This document shows positions 51,672 to 64,000 of a DNA stretch of 64,000 nt, in pieces (the first letter of the stretch is position 1; every line of letters begins with the position of its first letter). The position numbers and the translations under genes were made by a program. This DNA is from Camelus dromedarius. Taxonomy: Eukaryota. The stretch is from NCBI RefSeq assembly GCF_036321535.1, contig NC_087437.1:115508001-115572000 (forward strand), written 5' to 3'. Below the pieces are notes generated by a model. It was not told the origin of the DNA, searched no databases, and saw only the letters and a program-made list of their open reading frames with translations.

Positions 51672-53388
51672 ATAATAATTCATTTGTGTCCTTATTATTA
51701 CTTTTGTTATTTTTTAGATTTCTTCATATAAATGATGTCATATGGAATTTTTCTTTCTCTTTCCGGCCCACTTCACTTTGAATGGCAGTCTTCAGGTCTG
51801 TCCATATTGCTGCAAGTGGCATTATTTTATTCTTTTTTATGGCTGAGTAGTGTTCCATTGTATAACTATACCACATCTTCTTTGTCCAGTCATCTGTTGA
51901 TGGACATTTGGATTGTTTCCATGTCTTGGCCATCGTAAATAGTGCTGCTATGGACATTGTGATGCATGTGTTTTTTTTAAATTTTATTTTTCTCTGGATA
52001 TACGCCTAGGAATGGGATTGCTGGATCACGTGGTAAGTCTATTTTCAGTTTTTTAAGGAACTTCCATACTGTCCTCTATAGTTTCTGCACCAGTCTACAT
52101 TCCCACCAACAGTATAGGAGGGTTGCCTTTTCTCCACACCCTCTCCAGCATCTATCATTTGTAGACTTTTCAATGATGGCCATTCTGGCTAGTGTGAAGT
52201 GATACCTCATTGTAGTTTTGATCTGCATTTCTCTGACAATTAGCGATGCTGAGCATTTTTTCAAGTGCCCATTGGGTATTTGAACGTCTTCATCGGAGAA
52301 TCACTTGTTTAGGTCTTCTGCCCATTTTTGGATTGGGTTGCTTGTTTCTTTGATATTAAAGTGTATGAGCTGTTTGTATATTTTGGAATTTAGTCCCTTG
52401 TCAGTCACATCATTTGCAAATATTTTCTCCCATTCTGTAAGTTGTCTTTTCGTTTTGTTGGTGGTATCCTTACCTGTGCAAAAGCTTTTAAGTTTAATTA
52501 GGTCCCATTTGTTCATTTTTGCTTTTAATTCCAATACTCCAGGAGCTGGTTCAAAAAATATAGTGCTGTAATGTATGTCCGCGTGTGTTCTGCTTGTGTT
52601 TTCTTCTGGGAGTTTTATAGTATCTGGTCTTATATTTAGGTCTTTAATCCATTTTGAGTTTATTTTTGTACATGGTGTTAGGGAATGTTCTAATTTCAGT
52701 CTTTTACAGGTAGCTGTCCAGTTTTCCCAGCACCACTTATTGAAGAGACTGTCTTTTCTCCATTGTATATTCTTGCCTCCTTTGTCATAGATTAATTGAC
52801 CATACGTGCATGGGTTTATTTCTGGACTTTTTTTTTCCTGTTCCATTGATCTATGTGTCTGTTTTTGTGCCAGTACCATACTGCTTTGATTACTGTGGCT
52901 TTGTAGTATAGTCTGAAGTCATCATGATTTCCCCAGTTCCATTCTTTTTCAAGATTGTTTTGGCTGTTCGAGGTCTTTTGTGTTTCCATACAAATTTTAA
53001 CATTTTTTGTTCCAGCTCTGTGAAGAATGTTGTTGGTAACTTGATAGGGATTGCATTGAATCTGTAAATTGTCTTGGGCAGTATGGCCATTTTAACAGTA
53101 CTGATTCTTCCAATCCAAGAACATGGTATATCTTTCCATTTGTTTATGTCGTCTTCAATTTCCTTCATCAGTGTCTTATAGTTTTTGGCTTAAAGGTCTT
53201 TTGCCTCCTTGGTTAGGTTTATTCCCAGGTATTTTATTCTTTTCGGCATGATGGTGAGTGGTATCGTTTCATTAATTTCCCTTTGTGCTATTTCATTGTT
53301 AGTGTATAGAAATGCAACTGATTTCTGTATATTACTTTTGTATCCTGCAACTTTACTATATTCATTGATGAGTTCTAGTAGTTTTCTG
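51672..53388 (-). mobile_element. Relatively young 5'-truncated L1: ORF2 C-terminal ~1.7 kb (frameshifted), 3'UTR cut short
   Basis: ORF remnants 52890-53168 ([13 protein letters not shown]), 52301-52879 ([29 protein letters not shown]), 52076-52264 ([12 protein letters not shown]), 51724-51957 (AALFTMAKTWKQSKCPS). Confidence 0.97.
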
Positions 53389-53879
53389 ATTGCAAAAGCA
53401 GGTATTTCTTAGAGGTGATGTGGTTTGTTGAGTATGGCTTTCTTTCCCTCCTATATTGTGAGTCTGCTATAGTTGAGGAAGCTGGCCTTCCGAAAGGTGA
53501 GATGAACAAGGCTTTTCCCACTTTGTAGGGCTAGATGTCAACAAGCATGTGGTTTGTTACTTACCTACAGTCTAGGGCAGAGTGAAGCTGGGGCATAATC
53601 GGGGTATAAATAATGCTATGGCAGGGTTGAGGGGGATGTGGTGTCTGTAGGGGCTGCTAGTGGGAGACTTTCTGGAGGAGAAAGCGTTGGTGTTGGACTT
53701 GGAGCATGGTGTTGACAAGCAGGAAAGAAGGAGGGCTCGTGGAGCAGTCTGAACGAAAAAGTAGTATTTGGGGAATGGGCTTTGTCCGTTGTGACTAGAG
53801 TGTAGACTTGGGGAAAGCCTATATAGGAGATAAGACTGAAAAAGTGGAGGAGTGACAATATAAAATATAACTGTATAAA

Positions 53880-54070
53880 GCAGTGAGCATGTATTGAGCA
53901 CTTACCGGGCAGTGTTTTCAGTGGTTTGTGTGTGCGATGTCCTGAGAACACAACAGTGTTTTACAGGATTGTCCTCCGTCGCCTAGGAGTTCAGAACCTT
54001 GCTGAGGCCATGCAGTAAGTTGTAGAACCAGGAGTTGAACCAGGGCAGGCTGACTCTGGAGCCTGACAGC
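53880..54070 (-). mobile_element. MIR SINE
   Basis: gcatgtattgagcacttaccgggcagtgtttt...gaaccaggagttgaaccagggcaggctgactctggagcc. Confidence 0.7.
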
Positions 54071-54319
54071 TTTGGGCCTTGAACACTGGGTTAAGCAACT
54101 AAAGTACTTTTTTGGATCTTACGTGGACAGTGACCTAGCAGTATTATATTAGCTGATTTTTAAAAACAAAGATCTTTAATAGTTTATTATCATGAGCTTT
54201 TAACCTATATTGGAGTTTTAAAAATTGGAGATACTTAAAAGGTTGTTCTCAGTTGTGGCCCATAACTAGATTACATGATGACTTTTATGTTGAGATGGAA
54301 GTTGAATTTCTTGGACCAT

Positions 54320-54720
54320 TTTTTCCTGATTATGAAAGTTGTGCATATTTATAAAAGTTGTGATGCACTGAAAAGTATAAAGAAGAAAATTAAAAATCAT
54401 CCAATCTTTTATTAGCCAAAGATATTCATTATTAATAATTTTATGTATTTTCTTCCAGAGTGTTCTTCTGTGCATTTATTTTACTTTCCTGAGACTGCTT
54501 TGATGAAGAGTTTGTGTTCTTTGTGATATAATAGAATGCATGACTTTTTCCATCATGCAATGTAATTATTGTAAGAACTTAAATGATTAACATAACATTT
54601 TATCATGTGAATATACCATAAATCTGTCATATTTTCTTTAAGTGATGAACATTTTTATTTTTGATGACACATTTTTTTGTATGTAAATTCTGTATTTTCC
54701 ATCATGAAATGTATTTCTAA
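54320..54720 (-). mobile_element. Old L1ME-like 3' fragment
   Basis: gaaaagtataaagaagaaaattaaaaatcatcc...agccaaagatattcattattaataatttt; a similar fragment lies at ~55620-55860. Confidence 0.5.
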
Positions 54721-56314
54721 AAGTAGAGGTTGAACATGATGCCAAGCAGACTACAAACAGCATGTGAATCAGTGCCACAGGGAGAAACCTGTGGAGGGGC
54801 AGTGCTTATCACGGTTATGCCGTGTACAGATCTGAAGATCATAAATTGAGAAATAAAGCATAAGATTTGAGCAAGAAAAGTGGACTGGGCCTGGCTAATT
54901 AGATTTGAGAAGAGTGATTGAGTGTCCTGATGTTCAGCTGGAGAAGCAACTGAGGAATAAGTCTTCGTGCATGTGAAGAGTGTTCTGGAGGACGTGTATA
55001 GCTGTTTTCTGTTTCTTCAGAGCGCAGTAAACATATGAACCTAAGTTAGCATAGAGGAATTTAGCATGCAGTTTGTGACTAATGATTGAAAATTCTTGGC
55101 ATAGTTTATCCTGACAATTACTCTTTAAGGGAGGTTGATTTTCACTATATTTTAGATTTTATTCTGTATAAGGATGAAGGAGTGCTTAAGATGATGTTTT
55201 AAACGTATTAGCAGATGTTTATTCCTAAGATTTATTTAGTACTAATTCTGGTTTTCTCAGCTGTTCTATGTCTCCTGCCTGATATGGAAATAAAAGAGCA
55301 GCAATATTATGTCAAGTCTTGTAGTTTTGATTGAAAGAACAAACCAAAACAAGAGACAAATAAAACTCCACTCCAGACAGCTGGTGAAATAGCAGGCCTA
55401 TGTATATGATTGATTTGGGAATGAGGTCCCAAAAGTTGGAACATCAAATCTATTGAGGCCAGTGAAATTTGAAGCCCGGGCTGGGAAATGTTGACGTTAA
55501 CAGATAAGTCATGTATGTATTAAGACTGTAACAGTGTGGCTGCTGATACCCCAGGCCAGTCATTTTTACAGAAATTTAATTTATCAAGAAAATTCTAGGT
55601 TAAGAGTTTAAGGTTTAAGATTTTGTTTCATTACAAAATGCACATTCATTTTAGAAAATTTAGAAAATACAGAAGATAAGAATAACAGTTTTCTGTAGTT
55701 CCTTTCTCTGGAGATAAGTACTATTTGCATTTTTTGTATAAGCTGTCAGATTTTTTCTGCACACAACTATTCTCTTCTTTTTAAAAATAAATATGTGATA
55801 TTTGCGTACTGCTTTATAATCCACTTTTTCTGTATAAGACAGTATTTTCCATGTTGTTATTCCATTGTATACCAGTGTACTTATTGAAATCTATTGTGAT
55901 AGGACAAATATGAGATTGAGATTCACCAAGCAGTAGATATCACTCATAACAATATAACATAAATAATTAATAAATTACAGTGGTAGATAAAGACTGGAGT
56001 GGCTGTAAGCTGAATGAGGGAGAATTGAGATGGTCTTGAAGAGTGGATAGGATTTAGGTAAAGATTTAGTAAAGAAAGGGCAAATTTTAGGCAGGGGAAG
56101 TGACTTCAGCATCGATGCGGAAGGAGGTTAGTGGCATTTTATAGAATGCCATGCCAAGCTCTGAGTTCTTGGCAATAAGATGTGGTCTAATGTTCCTAAT
56201 TTTCAGAGGGGTTAAGTCTAGGTTGAAAGTCTGTGCTTCAGGAGTGTCTGTGTGGCAGCTAAATATGCACTGAAATGGGACAAAGGATAAGCTGATAAGC
56301 TGTCTTTAAGTGAA

Positions 56315-56516
56315 ATAATTCCCAAATCTGGCTGTGCTCAAGAATAATCTGGAAGTTTTTGTTTCAGTTAAAAAAAAGAAAACAAAACCCAACAACCAGA
56401 TTCTCAGGTCCTTCTCCATGCTTCCTGAATCAGGATCTTTGGGAGTGGACTGCTGTGCAGTCTAGTTGGGAACCTCCCCTGTTATTTCTGATTCACCATC
56501 TAGCCTAGGCAATGCT
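56315..56516. mobile_element. MER5B-like MITE
   Basis: ttcccaaatctggctgtgctcaagaataatctggaag...cagattctcaggtcc...ctgaatcaggatct. Confidence 0.55.
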
Positions 56517-57810
56517 GAGTTTAGGAGGCATCTGTAGTATGTGTGAAATAAGGACCAGGACCAGGGTGACTGCACTAGGTGTGGAGAAGTTAGGCACTTT
56601 GAAATTCATAGGATTGAGTGGGACCATTTAGAGTAGACAAAGAAGTCAGCAGTTTCTTGCCAAGTCACTGAAAGAATGGTCTTGGGGGGCGTAGAGGTGG
56701 GAATGTGGGTTGTGTCAGGAAAGGGGGTGGGTGAGGGTGCGCTTTCAGCACAGTGAGTTGTCATACTGCGGGACGTAGGCAGCACCCAGCAGCTTGTTGG
56801 ACTAGATACTGAGTGAGCGGTTGGAGTAGAGAAAGAGTCCAGAATTATTAGTGTATTATTAGAGTAAACCTTGAAAGTACTTCTTTTACTCTAAAAGAAG
56901 AGAAATGGGGGGTCCAGGAGATGAAGTGGAGACTAACACCTGAGTTTGGGGCTAAAGGTGAAAAAGACATGGAGGATAATTGGTACCCTGAAGTATAAGA
57001 CCACATGTTTTAAGAATTTTTGAGGAGGTAGCATTTCTCTTTAAGTTCCACAAAAGTTTAGCAGGGAAAATAAGTAAGACTAAACTCATTTTACTACTCT
57101 TAGTAATAGGCTTGTTGGAAGAAAACGTAAGCTGTTAATAACAGTGTGTGTTTTTGATTATTTCTGGACCTTGTTATTTTTCTGTTTTTTTGAAATTCAA
57201 GGATAATTAGAAGCAGTGGTTTATAAAATTATATGTAATTATATGTATAAAAGTACATATAACCAACTAAGTATATGTGTGCATGCACTTACGTAAATTA
57301 ATTATATATAATGTATATTTTATAAATAAAATTATATGTGTGTGAGATACATACATTAAATACTTTAGACCATCCTATTTAGAAAAGTCAGTGCTATCAG
57401 AAAGGAAAGAGCGAGCAGAGTGGTTTTTTGCATTTCTTAGGAACTAGTTATGAGAAGGGATTGCAGGCTGTTTATCCTTGATTGACCATGTTCTGCCTAA
57501 GTGTCTTCTGTCCGATAGGTAAGCTTTGTTTATGGAATACACGCATGAAGGAGATGGTCCCAGATGTTCAGGTGAGGGAGGGGGATGTAACGAGGGATGA
57601 CACTACGCAGTGCGTCTCAACCTTGTTTGATTCTCAGAGCACCGAGAGGTCATTGGGCCACCCCTTTTTAATTCCTCTTACGAGCTAGGATCCATTTGAA
57701 TAATAGAAGGTTGGAGTACGTTGTGCAGAGGTGATAGGAAGCAGGCACATCAGCAGAAGAGATTGAAACAAATCTTGGTATTCTGTTCATCCCACTTTGC
57801 TCTTAATTCC

Positions 57811-58127
57811 TGTTTACAAAGGGTTCCTGTACGCAGTTTCAGCATGTGTGTATGTGTGTTTTGGGAGAGAGAAGGCTTTTTCACACCAAGCAGTTCTCAG
57901 GTGCCAACGTGGTGTCCAAGAATAAAGCAGAATTCTGACACTGTCTACCTGGAGAGGAAATCAAGCTCTCACAGTTAGAGGGCTCAATCCTGTAAGACCA
58001 CCCTCCACTTCTGACAGTCACAAGCCCAGGTTGTTCCATGCTTCTGACTCAGTGGCTACACATTGGAGGTTTCCATGACCTCATCTGTAGGTTCCATTAA
58101 TTTCCTAGAATGGCTCACAGAACTCAC
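57811..58127. mobile_element. MER21-like LTR fragment
   Basis: aattctgacactgtctacctggaga...gagggctcaatcctgtaagac...cacaagcccaggttg...attaatttcctagaatggctcacagaactca. Confidence 0.75.
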
Positions 58128-59380
58128 TTTTCTAAGGTGAAATCCAACACAAAAATTTGTGGATTAGATGTGGGGTAAATAGTAGGAAAGAGGTCTAGAT
58201 GATGAAGGTTTTAGTTCGGGAGCTTGAGGTGTGACACCATTAACCAAAACTGAGAATACAGGAAGGAGAAGTGGATTTTTTTTTTCCTGTCCTGCCTGGT
58301 CTTTCCTCCCCTTTTTTGAGCAGGGGAGAAGAATGGGGAGGTGGTAAATCAGTTTAACACAGGGCCTGAGATCAGTGGCTTTGAAGTCAGTTTGGTTGAA
58401 TTTCAGTCTCATCTCTCTACAGTGAGTCCTGTGTGACTTGGGGCCACTTCATTTCTCTGGGCCTTTGTTTCCAATAGAGATGATAGTGCTATTTACCTTA
58501 TGTAATTATTGGAATTAAGTGAATTACAGGAAAGTACTTACGTGTCCATTAAATATAAAACATCTCATATGCAGGAATAAGTGGGACATCAAAGTCAGTT
58601 CATTGGACTCTGAGATATCTGGACCTGAAACTCTTTAACAGTGAGAGGTGGGCTAGAGGCAAGTCAGTGTTTTAAAAGTCTCCGTAATTCCTCATATAAC
58701 TGAAATAGTGCATAATGTTGACTTTAAACCAGTTACCTTAGAAATGAGTCTTCTGGAACTTAGGTCTGCTTATGGTAGGCGTATTTCCTATATCTACTTT
58801 ATAAAGTAATAGTCACTCTCTGGTAGTGGAAGTTAGCTTCCTGAGAAGTTCTGTGTGGTTAAACATATTGATTCATGTTTGAGGAGCTTGAAATGTAAGA
58901 TAATACATAAAAGTATGTTGAGAAACCTGAGTGTTGATGGAAACCTGTGCAAATCTTTGTTTTCACACCCTCAAGACAGTATGCCAAACAAAATAAAGTA
59001 TCAGTGGTAGATGATGGGTTTTGAATTAGTGACAGGGATCCTGTGCTTGACACTAGTCACTGCTTACTCTGAGAAATGTTTCCATCTCTACCCTTCAGTC
59101 TTAAAAAAGATACTTGTCAATGCATTATGCATTGTTGCAGATGGTATGCCCACGAGTTATTTCTCTCCTGTTTTCCTGTATTTATTGCTATATCTAAATA
59201 CTCAGTGCCTAATTTTGTCCCAGTTTAGCCCAGATTAAGTCTTAGAGAGGCCAGGGAACTTGGTGCTTGAGGTAACGAAAATTTGGGGCAATATTTATTT
59301 AATCTACCCACTCTTTTTCTTCTTTTTTAAAATTTTTTCCTTCCTGTTTTATTGAGATATAGTTGGCATACAGCACTGTT

Positions 59381-59498
59381 TATGGGGTGGGGGGAGACAA
59401 TTAGGTCTAACTTGTTTATTTGATGGAGGTGCTAGGGATCTCATGCAGGACCTCACGCATGCTAGGCGTGTGCTCTACCACTGGTCTACACCCTCCCC
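59381..59498 (-). mobile_element. Older tRNA-derived camelid SINE (Vic-1-like), joined to an L1-like 3' terminus at ~59322-59379
   Basis: Minus strand GGGGAGGGTGTAGACCAGTGGTAGAGCACACGCCTAGCATGCGTGAGGTCCTG...CACCTCCATCAAATAAAC...CTAATTGTCTCCCCCC; homologous to 4385-4517. Confidence 0.8.
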
Positions 59499-60019
59499 TA
59501 GCTCTTACTTCTTGAACCTTCTCTCCAGTGCTTACTCAGGTTGTGTTAGTTCTTTTCATTCAATTTTATGAGAAATCACATCCTTCTATCCCCTTTAACC
59601 CATTTGTCAGTTCCTCCCACTTCCAGCATGCCACTGGAGTCATGTAGTCCAAGACCCAGGTGTAGAGTCCTTCATTCATGTTCTTTTATCTTGCCCTAGG
59701 CGTTAGTGCAAAAATGGCTTATCTGCTTGGTTTTTACACTTCTCAGCTTGTCTCCTTAATAGTTCTTTTTTGGTAAAGGGAATTAGAACAAATTGTTAAT
59801 ATAATCAGAATTGCTTTGCTGAGCTAACTTTTCAGGAGAGTTACTTTTCCTAAACTGAAATACTTTTTACAAAATAATTTACTCCTGATAAGCTTTATTT
59901 CATGTTTAGGATGTTTGAGGCAGAAGAGTGAGTGGTAAGTGTAAAATCAGACTTAGTCACCTAGATTTTTGCAGGTTTGTAATTTTCTCATAACCATTTC
60001 AGTGATCCTTAACGAGAGG

Positions 60020-60238
60020 CATTTTGGTGTGGTAGAAGGTAGTGAACTTCGCTGTGGAGCCAGAGTTTGCAGGCTGTGACCTTCGCCAGTCCAGTTAGTC
60101 TGTCTGACCCTTGATTTCACCATTGATGAAACGGAAGTAACACTGCCTCCTTGTAGGACTGGTAGGGTATTCAGTGTGTCAGCGTCTGGGAAGTGTCTCA
60201 GCTGAGTGGTTGGTGCACAGTAAGTGTTCAGCAAGTGT
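60020..60238 (+). mobile_element. MIR SINE
   Basis: ggtgtggtagaagg...tggagccagagtttgc...ttggtgcacagtaagtgttcagcaagtgt. Confidence 0.6.
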
Positions 60239-63200
60239 CCTTTTCCCTGCAGTTTTACTCATAATTTTGATTTGATGTCTTATGCATTTTGCCTTTTTAA
60301 CTTTTTAAGACTGTAACTATTTCCTTGGGATTTGGGGAGGAAGTCATAAATATTCTTTGTTTTTAGGATTTCTCTTGAAACCCCCAGTTAGTGGAAAGGG
60401 TGGAAAGGCTTTTTCTTTGTATGCCGTTTGGTCATCTTATTGGGAGTTAGAGTTACAGATTTTTTTTTCCTTTTGTGGTAGGTATCAAAACATTTCTCCA
60501 TGACTCCTTTAGTTGTTATAATTCTTGAAACTATTTCTGAAATTACTGTCTGGCGAAAAGACATTTTCTTCTGTCACGTCTTTTTCTCTTTTAGTGCTTA
60601 TGAGCAGAAGTTTATAAGGAAAGGTAGTCACAGTGTATGATTTTTAGATAATCACATTGTGATTTAATCCATGGAGTCAATTTTTAGGTCTTTCAACTAA
60701 GTTTTCCTTGGTTTCACTTCTGTAGTTTATTTGTTTTGTAGCTTATTAATTGGCATCTTCTGAACTATCAGACTTGTCATTCTAATCTCATTGTGCATTT
60801 TTATTTTTTCATGTGGGTTAAAATTTTAAATTGTGAATATATGAGAATATATGCAACACGTAAATTAAAAAAATAAAAACTCTGTACTTCCATCCAGTTT
60901 AAGAAAATAGTACCTACTAGTACTTCTGAATCTTGTATCATATTGATTTTTCCACCTGCTGCTTGTAACACTTCCCTACTACTTTATTTTGAAACTAGAT
61001 AGAATTTTTAGTTTTGCATCAGGCCAAAACATTGTCATTACAGAATACATCAGCACCTGCCATTTAGTTTTTTAACTCCTGAGTTAATCTGGATTCGCCA
61101 TATCATGCTAAAGCATTCATTTCAATTTTTTCCCATTCTAGTGTTTTCCAGATGTGTATTCTATAAATCTCAGCACAATAGTGCTTTTAATTGGGTGTCT
61201 TGATATCCTCGTCTCCCCAACCCTCCTTGAGAAAGAGAGACAGACGGACATCAAGAGACCGAGTCTGATACCTACCTGAGTGTACCGTGCACTTAAACTC
61301 GGCTTGTTGAAGTTCTAGTCTTGCTGCGGATGTGCTGTAGGTGAATTTTATGCGGTGATTTTCAGACAACTGGAAAATGGTTTGTAAGTTTAGCTTCAAA
61401 GACCACTTAAGATCAGTTCCTAGATTGCTCATAGACCATTATATTGCCTTTGGCAAAATGTGAGCTAAAACATACTGCAAAAGATTTTGAGGATTATGGG
61501 AGATTCCTGTGGTAAGGATAGTAGATACTTTTCACTGACATCTCATTTTGCTCCATAATTTGTGAATGACACCATTTGTGAGGGAAAAGATGAAAGATTC
61601 ACTGTAGGTTTTTCTCAGAAAAAACTAAAATATGACTTTCTGGATTTTTAAGCTTCTTTAGAAAGAAAATTGTATGTATAGTTTGCAAAGTACACTTGAT
61701 GTTTGCTGTTACCCACTTACTGTCATAAAACTCACATCTGATATAAAGTTATTTTTTGAAAAGTGACCAGCCTGAAAGATATCTTAGAGTAATCACTGGA
61801 CTCTTTATTTAAAGTAATCTAAGGTTTAAAGTAATCTGAGGTTAAGACTCAGGGAGGTTATCATCAGTCAGTATGTGATCATTTAGTTGCTGCATATGTC
61901 ATCAGCAAATTTTGTAACTTGTAGAGATTCTTTACTCTGCTAAAGGCTGCTTTTCATATGAGTAGTGATGAAGTGGATGATTTTTCTAAAAGATGTCATT
62001 TTTAGGGTGAGATCATTTTGATGATCCAGAGTCAGAAGCATTATCCATTGTACCACTGGCTCACCCATATTTCTTCCCTTTAGCTATTTAAAACAGTAAT
62101 GAAATACTCTGTTAATTTCTAACAACTTTTAATAAAATGAAAAGAATACTAATGTCTTACTTGATTCTACTTTCTTCTTATAAAGTGCTTTTGTGTTAAT
62201 AATAGCTTTTCCTGTTGAAACCATTGAAGTTGGCGGGATGTAGGTGTAGTAGCATTGTGGCATTTTATAGGTGAGGAATATGATGCTGAGTGCCTGAAGG
62301 GTTCAGAGATAGGTAGTTCATAGCTAGAGATTTAATTCACATTTTCCTTTACCATAGTTCATGCCAGAATTGTAAAGACTGACCATTTATGAGGGTAAAA
62401 TTATTAGGAAACTATGTCTTTGAAGTAAAAATCTTTAATCTTGATGGTTTAAAGATTATTTTTGCAAATAAAACTGTTTTGGTGCAATACTTTAATGTTC
62501 ATTCATTTATCTATCTATACACTCTCCTTCCTCCGCCACGTTGGGTGCCAGTGGGTCTTATGTCTACGTTTTTACTTGATACCACAGCAGCATCTAAAAC
62601 TGGAAAAGTGGTTCTTCAGGAATGGAATCTGGAATATAGGAAATGATTTCAGACACAGGCAATTCCTAATTTACAAGTAATTCATATATTTAAGCCCTTG
62701 TACCTGAGCTCCTTTTCTCATTGCTGCTATTTGGAGTAGTGATTTTGAGCTTTTAAATACCTTCAGAAGTAGAAGGAGAAATAAGTAAAAAGCAGAAATA
62801 TTTGGGGGCAATAAACAAAGACTCACCTATATTATGACCCACTTGCCTAAAAATGGTTTTTCTCAACTGCTTCAGTTATTTTGCAGCACTATTAGAATTC
62901 TGCCAATTAGGAGTTTATTTGGGGTACCTTCATCCTTGTTGAAAACTGCAAATGTTAAAGTGAATTACTTCAGTCCAGTTGATTTCTTCCTATCACATAC
63001 CTGAAATGAACTACATTGAGGCAGTAGGAGATTTGGGTGGTAATTTAGGAACATACTTAGGGGAAAGGATTATTATTAGCAGGATGTTTGGAATGCTGTC
63101 ATGTAAAATTTAGGGAATTAAAGGCGTCAGGAGTTGGGATGGTGCTCACAAGGAAAATGACCTATTTTAGAGTTTGTCCAGATAAAGAGAGGATCTAGAA

Positions 63201-64000
63201 TTGGTTCGGCTTCTGTGTTTCTTTTGCAGGGTCCCCAGTGCCCATGACCAGTATACTGTCTTTTGGGCTCAGGAGGTTTCTTTTGGCTAACCTGGGAACT
63301 TGGTCAACATAAACAGCATTGTTTCATTAGAAATACTGACTGAATTCCACAGTTTCATTTTAAAAGATGATTTTTAGACCAAACTCATTTATGAGTTAGG
63401 TTTCAACCTGTGCTTGTGTTTGTCTCCTCTGTCGTCATGTGCTCCCAGTTGACAACAACCACGAGGTTGCTTTTGCTTTTCCATCAGTCATTATGGGATT
63501 TGCTGGCCGGTCATGAAATAGCAGTGGAAGTAACAAGTGGAAGTACAGTGAAAGAATTACCATAATAAGAGAAGCCACTCAAGAGAGCAGAAGAGGGCTT
63601 GTGGGCTTAGGGGAGCAGTTGTGAGCAGTGTCTCAGAACTTAATTTAATAATAGCATTGGTAGATTGGCATGTGATCTTTCCTATAACGTAACTTTCATT
63701 AACTCTGATGGTAAGCCACTGTGAAAAGTGAAGTTGCATTCATACTGATTTGTGAATTGATGTAGATTACACAATGTAAATATTTTTTTCTGATAAATTA
63801 TACAGAATAGTGGAATTTTGACAGTTATTTCATACCTAGAAATGGGTGAAATTTTTGTTGGTAGTAGCCAGATCTGAAAACTTTTTCTCCCTGACAATTT
63901 AATACTTTATATTTTATGTATAATTGATTTTTGCTAATGAAAATTATTTTCAAGTAAGCTGAAATAAATGTTAGTTAAATGAATTTGCAATAATTTTATC

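Larger units (their letters stand above)
17522..64000 (+). other. DYRK1A: Long first intron (acceptor not confidently seen in the window)
   Basis: No coding exon recognised; T-rich + strand; most L1 and MaLR copies here are antisense, as expected inside a + strand gene. Confidence 0.55.

Noticed and set aside
52301..52879. 192-aa ORF with a clear protein-like sequence
   Set aside because: Frameshifted fragment of L1 ORF2, not a host gene
57215..57350. AT-rich, partly self-complementary tract (similar one at ~985-1200)
   Set aside because: Low-complexity TA-rich sequence in which self-complementarity is expected by chance
1..64000. Novel multi-gene, defence or CRISPR-type system
   Set aside because: The window is mammalian non-coding DNA with no intact coding genes, operon-like structure or repeat-spacer arrays

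Overview
Mammalian genomic DNA, most likely a camelid: it carries tRNA-derived Vic-1-like SINEs, and I recognised no Alu, B1, Bov or PRE elements. I found no supportable protein-coding exon. Bases 1-15.9 kb are intergenic and rich in repeats (L1, ERV1 and MaLR LTRs, hAT MITEs, MIR/L2). A strong CpG island at about 15.9-18.15 kb is the promoter of a + strand gene. It has an E-box, two RFX X-boxes, a tandem CRE, YY1 sites and non-coding first exon(s) ending in GTGAGT donors at 16948 and 17522. The remaining ~46 kb looks like a long first intron. From memory the first-exon sequence resembles mammalian DYRK1A (moderate confidence, not checked by search). The most unusual item is a ~2.1 kb insertion (51297-53392) flanked by an 18-bp target-site duplication, in which a young L1 ORF2 3' segment is fused to ~380 bp of non-L1 sequence carrying two polyadenylation signals. 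Repeat subfamily names come from pattern recognition and their boundaries are approximate. I see no evidence of a novel multi-gene system.
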